Below, in pieces: positions 59,401-64,000 of a DNA stretch of 64,000 nt. The DNA comes from Fidelibacterota bacterium (GTDB lineage: Bacteria > Fidelibacterota > Fidelibacteria > Fidelibacterales > DSDE01). The stretch is from positions 4,800 to 68,799 of the forward strand of contig JBJKQR010000062.1 in the NCBI GenBank assembly GCA_046735395.1, written 5' to 3'. Each line of letters opens with the position of its first letter. Positions within the stretch are counted from its first letter, which is position 1. The position numbers and the translations under genes were made by a program. Under the pieces are notes generated by a model that was not told where the DNA came from, made no database searches, and was given only the letters and a program-made list of their open reading frames with translations.

Positions 59401-60311
59401 TTTCCTATGGCCCCATCCTCTTTGTGGAAAAGGATCCGGACTACAGCGGGGACGCGGATCTGAGCGACATTTTCGCCGGAATTCTGGAGCGGGACTATAA
59501 TCACCTTCCCCGGCACAAGAAATTTCATGATAAAAATATCAAATTCCGTGGCCTGAGCATGCCGAACGGTATGACTATCTCAGACGAGGGCAGCATGACC
59601 TGGGTTCCCACGGATACACAGATCGACACATTCCGAATCGTCATTGAGGCCAGCGATGCCATGAGTGCAGATACCCTGAGCTTCAATCTCTTTTCCAATT
59701 CACCGCCCACGATCGTCTCCACGGCACCGTCACTGGTGAATATCGGAGACAGCTGGACCTACCCCATTGAAGTACATGATCTGAACAAGAATCAGGCTTA
59801 TCATATCAATATCGTGGATGCACCGGATGGTGTGATACTGAAGAAGAGCACTCTGATCTGGAAACCCACAGATCGGCAGAAAGGGGATAATACCATTTCC
59901 TTCATCGTCAGCGACGGCCACCAGAATACAGCACAGACCTTCAATGTCTACGCGAATTCCGCGCCGGAAATTCTGTCAAAACCGGTTATTGTGGCTCTCA
60001 CCGGATTCGATTACAGTTATCAGATCAATGCGGATGATCCCAATGGCGATGAACTGCGTTACACGGCCGTGGATATCCCCAGATATGCAAACCTGGACAC
60101 GAAAACGGGGCTGGTCACCTGGCAACCCCGCAGCAGTGAACGGGGCATTAACCGTTTCGTTATTGATATTACAGATTCCCATAATAAGACAGTACGCCAT
60201 GCCTACGATGTGCAGGTTTATGAAGATCCTGCAGCAAAGAAATTCAGCCTCGCTGTTTTTCCCGTAATGGTTACTGTTGTCGGTGTCATCCTGATGGCGG
60301 CTCTGCTCTGA
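56421..60311 (+). CDS. Large surface protein: N-terminal FG-GAP/VCBS-like region, seven Ig-like (He_PIG/cadherin-like) modules, and a C-terminal TM tail anchor. ATG at 56421 is preferred over the track's TTG at 56400.
   Basis: Signal peptide FFTRLVMIAGLTISLCGPTAQA. CISDLDADGRPEISAIF. Seven module cores: ITWDIREDQL, IEWIPDENQL, VTWKPTADDL, LVWRVKPGQY, MTWVPTDTQI, LIWKPTDRQK, VTWQPRSSER. Modules mostly end ...Y(V/I/A)N(D/S)xP. The C-terminus is KKFSLAVFPVMVTVVGVILMAALL-stop. Confidence 0.85.
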   Translation: MIPGKHVFRFFTRLVMIAGLTISLCGPTAQAATEWQLESGNFSMTKWAYLPRISSEKTHYIVTLRASLRDGGPQALTVYALHEDGTRIETLWNYSAQEGTRTVISDFCISDLDADGRPEISAIFNIDGDKQPTWLRLFEWNGKTFSTNPVSSSNIIVDSRSQDRPGQIFFDTFENGKSAQLAILFRGSQRRAYTLSYEGSLEGAVWRTDKEFVSPKFTSGNSILFCQPIRLPQGRSSQIMFYAEDNATTLFSLMALDRSGKSQELASLLAEGKTGGVPTMVSRTSEFGPAQDRLFFSTDRKSLAMIAYTQKSGLQLEALDIQSDFAPESIIQYIPTAQDTFLLLGYNNTFAYTVYRLADNTWNLWENGRTQSSGTRLYGTAFSNESGDHLLTATASRNRIFLEVGDLRLTETAPEKPAENTADAVKIDSDLDTLAVLDKKEADIIPTAPQTEAEAAAIPAPAPTLMQDLKYKVSQYDYVFTPADTFRQNVNVGQMDPGNMQIDWKAPEGATFNIKTGDITWDIREDQLNQQIFDLKIGNKGDTSAYYWNIYINDVPRLLNKEKEFTISLHQPFSLQLQVQDRNTDPEQHFVLKDLAGATISDSGLIEWIPDENQLDVNIFSVLISDGFSVTEEKFMVYVNDPVRIVSRPSTLVLRVNQPWQYQLQVEDRNEPELFQISFTSEAVLTPFIEKIKKFLVADKISVEQEGRKRSYIDVRSNVKSIQIYDNKLYLTLARNNADIKFSEYLSGILDIDYKYIPRYAVRQLKQTQFDMSQTVAGMEINSSGAVTWKPTADDLNYQSVTLRVSDVLSEDTQTLKLYVNSPPRITSPSKAVVLNPGQLLSYKCQVEDLNENPKISYRLSKDSPPAELDYTGQLVWRVKPGQYDYSQLRIIVSDGYDEDEVLLMMYVNDPVKIVPFQPLSAEVEKVWKQDVKVQDRNKSTLYRIVVEDQSVFSNIRAQMALFLSRQAVPVTHPESADGKGREIDVRPAVKALFSYGPILFVEKDPDYSGDADLSDIFAGILERDYNHLPRHKKFHDKNIKFRGLSMPNGMTISDEGSMTWVPTDTQIDTFRIVIEASDAMSADTLSFNLFSNSPPTIVSTAPSLVNIGDSWTYPIEVHDLNKNQAYHINIVDAPDGVILKKSTLIWKPTDRQKGDNTISFIVSDGHQNTAQTFNVYANSAPEILSKPVIVALTGFDYSYQINADDPNGDELRYTAVDIPRYANLDTKTGLVTWQPRSSERGINRFVIDITDSHNKTVRHAYDVQVYEDPAAKKFSLAVFPVMVTVVGVILMAALL

Positions 60312-60323
60312 CAGGACGCCTGA

Positions 60324-61508
60324 ATGGAATCTGACAGAATTCGTCAAATCATCGAGGGATTGTGTTCCCTCCCCCATCGTGGTGCCGGCACAGCAAATGA
60401 ACTCAGGGCTGCAGAATTTCTGCGGAGTCAGATAGAAACTCCGGACCTGAATGTACACGTTGAGGAATTCCGTACAACCCGAAGTTATATCTTCGAACTG
60501 GGGTGGTTCCTGCTCCTTCTCATTGCCGTTTTCCTCTTTTTCCCCGGTCAGACCTACTTTTTCGGTGTACTGGGAATATTCCTTGTCGTCACGCTGCTGC
60601 GCTTTCTTGACTGGCATCCGGGTTTTCCGGGACATCTGCCGCCTCAGATCCGATCGCGGAACATCTATGCTCATAAGCGGCTGCATGATGACCATCCCGG
60701 CACTCTGCGTCTTCTGATCATGGCTCATTATGACAGCGCTCCCGTATCCCGTCTCTACCTTCCGGGGCAGGTCGAGCATTTTCATCTGTCCCTCCGGCTC
60801 AATGCCCTCGTCCTGCTGGCATCAGGCCTGTATCTGACAGGCATGATGGTCTTTGCTCATCATTTTCCCGTCCAGTGGTGGCACCTCCTGTTTCCTCTCT
60901 ACTTCCTGATTCAGATCATCCTCCTGTCCGTCGATTATATCCGTTTCGGATACACGAACGGAGCCGCGGATAATGCCAGCGGATGCGCCGCCGCCATTGA
61001 AACGGCCCGTGATCTGTGGAAAAATCCCATTGAGGGCGTCAGCACGGAATTATTATTGACCGGAGCCGAGGAAGCAGGCATGAAAGGCGCCTTTGCCTGG
61101 ATACAGAGACATAAGAATGAACTGAAGAAATGTGATTATTTAGTTCTGAATTTTGACAATGTGGGATCCGGAACCTGCAGATTCATTACAGAAACCGGCG
61201 CTCTGAGCCGGATCGAATATACCAGTATTCTCGTACGGGCAGCGATGGAAGTGGCCGACAGCCACAGTGAGTTTTCCCACATCGGCCCCGGCAGCTGGCA
61301 TACCGGAGATTTCGACACACTCCCCTTTTACCGTCAGGGTGTTCCCTGCCTGACGCTGTCTGCCCAGGATGAGGCCGGCCTCATCCCCCATCTCCACAGG
61401 CCGGATGATATCCCGGACAACGTGGATTATCATGTTCCCCTTCAGGCCAAGGAATTTGCGGTTCACCTGCTGCGACATCTCTTCATCAGCGATTCGGCAT
61501 CAGAATGA
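60324..61508 (+). CDS. M28-family metallopeptidase with predicted TM hairpins inserted in the catalytic domain
   Basis: 394 aa. M28 motifs HRGAGTANELRAAEFL, IMAHYDS (His/Asp ligands), NGAADNASG (bridging Asp), TGAEEAGMKG (Glu-Glu), LNFDNVG, HTGDFD, HLHRPDD. Hydrophobic inserts lie at aa 55-93 and 157-203. Confidence 0.8.
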   Translation: MESDRIRQIIEGLCSLPHRGAGTANELRAAEFLRSQIETPDLNVHVEEFRTTRSYIFELGWFLLLLIAVFLFFPGQTYFFGVLGIFLVVTLLRFLDWHPGFPGHLPPQIRSRNIYAHKRLHDDHPGTLRLLIMAHYDSAPVSRLYLPGQVEHFHLSLRLNALVLLASGLYLTGMMVFAHHFPVQWWHLLFPLYFLIQIILLSVDYIRFGYTNGAADNASGCAAAIETARDLWKNPIEGVSTELLLTGAEEAGMKGAFAWIQRHKNELKKCDYLVLNFDNVGSGTCRFITETGALSRIEYTSILVRAAMEVADSHSEFSHIGPGSWHTGDFDTLPFYRQGVPCLTLSAQDEAGLIPHLHRPDDIPDNVDYHVPLQAKEFAVHLLRHLFISDSASE

Positions 61509-62125
61509 CGACACTCGGAAACCACTCGCATACCCGAATTTTAGCCATCGATTTTGAGACAACCGGGAAAGTGGATAACTATCCGGATGAACCCTGGCAA
61601 TTAGGCCTGGTTTCGATGGAAAACGGGAAAATTCAGGCAGAAAATGCCCGGGAATATTATTTTCATATCGGCGAACGTCCCTTTAACCGTTATGCTCCGG
61701 GACGGCATGCGGAACTCCGTCCTCTGCTCCGGAAATCGGAAGCTTTTACCCGATCCTGGCCTCATTTCCGGGAATCCCTGACGGATACGCTTCTCTGTGC
61801 CCACAATGCCTCCACCGAGAGGCGGATTCTGAAAACCTATTTTCCCATTCATGATTTCGGTCCCTGGATCGACACTCTGAAACTCTCCCGCCTCGTATTT
61901 CCCGGTCTGCCGAATTATAAACTTGAAACTGTCGTGAGATCTATCGGAGCAGAAGCGAGGCTGCACAGCCTCTTTCCCGATCGGGACTTCCATGATGCGC
62001 TGTTTGATGCGGCCGCCTCGGCACTGATTCTGGAAAAATTGTTTCATGATTTCCCGGACATGAGCACTGAAGCGCTCATTTCCCCGGATATGCTGCCCTA
62101 TGTCATAAGGAGACGAAAATTATGA
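61505..62125 (+). CDS. DEDDh 3'-5' exonuclease (DnaQ/epsilon-like)
   Basis: 206 aa. Exo I ILAIDFETTG, Exo II LLCAHNASTERRIL, Exo III HDALFDAAASALIL. It overlaps both neighbours by 4 nt. Confidence 0.8.
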   Translation: MTTLGNHSHTRILAIDFETTGKVDNYPDEPWQLGLVSMENGKIQAENAREYYFHIGERPFNRYAPGRHAELRPLLRKSEAFTRSWPHFRESLTDTLLCAHNASTERRILKTYFPIHDFGPWIDTLKLSRLVFPGLPNYKLETVVRSIGAEARLHSLFPDRDFHDALFDAAASALILEKLFHDFPDMSTEALISPDMLPYVIRRRKL

Positions 62126-63093
62126 TGTCACCCCGGTCCTATTTCGGCGGGCCCAGCCCGCTGCAGAAGCTTGACAGAATATCCGCCCCCTTCCCCGATC
62201 TGAATCTGTGGATCAAGCGGGACGATCTGAGCCTGGCCGGCCTGGGCGGGAACAAGCTGAGAAAACTTGAGTATCTCGTCGCGGATGCCCTGAATAAAGG
62301 ATGTGACACCCTGATCACCGCGGGTGCACCCCAGAGCAATCACTGCCGTCAGACCGCAGCGGCTGCCACCATGGAAGGCCTGGACTGTCACCTGGTACTC
62401 GGCGGTGAATCACCGGCGCTGCCGACCGGCAATATTCTGCTGGATAACCTGCTCGGGGCACAGATCACCTTTACGGAAAAGCACCTGCGCGGTGATACGA
62501 TGCAGAATGTAGCGGCCGAACTTGAAAATCAGGGACGGAAGCCTTACATCATACCCATCGGGGGCAGCAACGGAATCGGCGCACAGGGTTATGTCCGGGC
62601 GGCGGAAGAGCTCGTGACACAGTTCGGTGAGAACCATATTCAGAAAGCCCGGATCATCCTCGCCAGCTCATCCGGAGGCACTCACGCCGGACTGGAATAT
62701 GGATTCCGGCGTCTGAAGGCTCCCATCACCGTGGAAGGCATCCGCATCGACAAGGATGACGGCAGATCCCTCAGCTATGAATCCGATCTGGCAAATATCT
62801 GCAGAGAGCTGGATTCCATCACCGGTCGTTCTCTACAGCTGCAGGCCACCGATTTCACAGTGAATTACAGCTGCAGCAGCCGGGACTATGGCCAGCTCGG
62901 GGCGGAAGAAAAAGATGCCATTTCTCTGCTTGCCCGGGAAGAAGGTGTTCTGCTTGATCCGGTTTATACAGGCAGAGCTTTTGCCGGTTTGCTGACAAAA
63001 CTGAAATCCGGACAGTACACAAAAGATGAACATATCGTATTTCTGCATACCGGCGGAACGCCCGCACTGTTTGCCTATGCGGATCAGTTCTGA
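62122..63093 (+). CDS. PLP-dependent D-cysteine desulfhydrase / ACC deaminase family enzyme
   Basis: 323 aa. KRDDLSLAGLGGNKLRKLEYLVADALNKGCDTLITAGAPQSNHCRQTAAAA closely parallels the DcyD N-terminus, including the PLP Lys in GGNKLRKLE. GGSNGIG and HTGGTPALF are also present. Confidence 0.85.
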   Translation: MMSPRSYFGGPSPLQKLDRISAPFPDLNLWIKRDDLSLAGLGGNKLRKLEYLVADALNKGCDTLITAGAPQSNHCRQTAAAATMEGLDCHLVLGGESPALPTGNILLDNLLGAQITFTEKHLRGDTMQNVAAELENQGRKPYIIPIGGSNGIGAQGYVRAAEELVTQFGENHIQKARIILASSSGGTHAGLEYGFRRLKAPITVEGIRIDKDDGRSLSYESDLANICRELDSITGRSLQLQATDFTVNYSCSSRDYGQLGAEEKDAISLLAREEGVLLDPVYTGRAFAGLLTKLKSGQYTKDEHIVFLHTGGTPALFAYADQF

Positions 63094-63176
63094 TTATGTC
63101 CCGACACTGAGCAACAATTTAGTCAAAATGTTGGCCCTTGCGAATGCGTCAGAAATTCCACATATTCTCATTGTCT

Positions 63177-64000
63177 ATGAATGAAAAGAAGAGAACGGAG
63201 AGTCGGGCTTCCATGACGGGCATGATGATTTTTGGGCTATTTCTGAGTCTGCTCTGCCCGCGACCGGCAAAAGCCGGCATTCTGGATAAACTGAAGGATT
63301 TCAACCCTGATATATTCATCACCGATACACTTGACCTGAGCGCATCGGATACCCTGGCCTGCAATTTCCGGTCCCGCATCACGGTTCTGGACCGGAGGCC
63401 CCTGAGCGGCAATATTCTGGATATTCATCAGATCAATCGGTATAAATACATCCCGGTTGATGAACTCATTTTGGTTCATCCGGCAGTAGATACACTCATC
63501 CGCTGCAGCCTTCCCGACGACAGCACTCTGACCGGAACGCTGTCCCTCGGGCATCTGCGGATCTGGTACGATGGGAAACCCTGGTTCGACAAAGGCTATA
63601 AACTGAATGCCTACACCATTTACCGGTCTGCGAACGGAGACACAGCAAGGGACTGGCTCTGGGAAATTCCGGTTCATTTCAGGAAAAAGGAAGCCAAGGC
63701 CTCCGCCTTTCGCCGGGCCGTTGATCAGTTTACCGATAATCAGGGAAAAGCGCTGGAGTCCCTGACTGTTATCCCGCTCTACCCATTTCCCTACCGGCGC
63801 CAGCTTCAGTCCTGGGCTGAATACGGCTTTTTCGGGGATGGTTACAGCCTCAATGCCCATTTTACACTGGATTATCCGACGGATGATATGCATAATTATC
63901 GCCGCGGTTCACCCGGAGTGTTCTACCGGAAAAGCCGGCGCGCGGAAAGTATCAGCATCGGCGGCAGGCACCAGAGCTGGAATACACGGCTTTCTGATGC
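63177..64000 (+). CDS. Hypothetical secreted protein. Partial: it runs off the right edge, so it is absent from the ORF track.
   Basis: Own translation from the ATG at 63177 gives MNEKKRTESRASMTGMMIFGLFLSLLCPRPAKAGILDKLKDFNPDIFITD...WYDGKPWFDKGYKLNAYTIYRSANGD...GFFGDGYSLNAHFTLDYPTDD... and is open to position 64000. It has a signal peptide and a balanced composition. The listed minus ORF 63237..63893 is its codon-aligned shadow. Confidence 0.6.
   Translation, partial: MNEKKRTESRASMTGMMIFGLFLSLLCPRPAKAGILDKLKDFNPDIFITDTLDLSASDTLACNFRSRITVLDRRPLSGNILDIHQINRYKYIPVDELILVHPAVDTLIRCSLPDDSTLTGTLSLGHLRIWYDGKPWFDKGYKLNAYTIYRSANGDTARDWLWEIPVHFRKKEAKASAFRRAVDQFTDNQGKALESLTVIPLYPFPYRRQLQSWAEYGFFGDGYSLNAHFTLDYPTDDMHNYRRGSPGVFYRKSRRAESISIGGRHQSWNTRLSD

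Noticed and set aside
63237-63893. A 218-aa minus-strand ORF at the right end of the window.
   Set aside because: It is the codon-aligned antisense of a better + strand ORF from 63177, which has a signal peptide and a normal composition and is open to the window edge.

Overview
This 64-kb window is chromosomal DNA from a diderm bacterium. The gene content suggests an uncultivated FCB-superphylum-like lineage: a T9SS-type C-terminal sorting domain, LolCDE, TonB-ExbBD, 2-oxoglutarate:ferredoxin oxidoreductase and a CIRCE-controlled groEL. That taxonomic placement is inference only.

The window is densely coding (about 50 genes) in six strand blocks.
- 1-11.4 kb (-): clpC (partial), lolD, two lolC/E, lysS, prfB and a 1208-aa PAS-rich hybrid histidine kinase.
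- 11.7-13.0 kb (+): a C1-like aminopeptidase.
- 13.0-13.5 kb: an unusual 500-nt non-coding stretch made of drifting short tandem arrays.
- 13.5-28.2 kb (-): an accessory cluster, then a NagB/LmbE fusion gene. The cluster runs PilX-N-like protein, 2628-aa eight-module LamG protein with a T9SS C-terminal domain, FN3/TPR lipoprotein, thioredoxin-fold gene with an in-frame TGA, and a DUF5131 (Gp37/Gp68) protein.
- 28.4-42.9 kb (+): feoABC, purNH, mreBCD-mrdA-rodA, smpB, tyrS and two glycosyltransferases.
- 43.1-56.3 kb (-): groEL without groES, korAB plus two-subunit class I fumarase, tonB-exbDDB, an S41 protease and two paralogous small beta-barrel proteins.
- 56.4-64 kb (+): a 1.3-kaa Ig-repeat surface protein, a membrane-embedded M28 peptidase, a DEDDh exonuclease, a DcyD-family enzyme and a partial secreted protein.

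The best hidden signal is a predicted selenoprotein. Two small track ORFs (14635..14859 and 14290..14559) are one in-frame gene interrupted by a single TGA. That TGA sits at the first Cys position of a thioredoxin-fold CxxC motif and is followed by a SECIS-like hairpin.

Two genes that run off the window edges are missing from the ORF track: clpC on the left and a + strand ORF starting at 63177. I found both by direct translation.

I saw no rRNA, tRNA, CRISPR array, transposase or integrase. All functional calls rest on motifs I recognised by eye; no database search was run.
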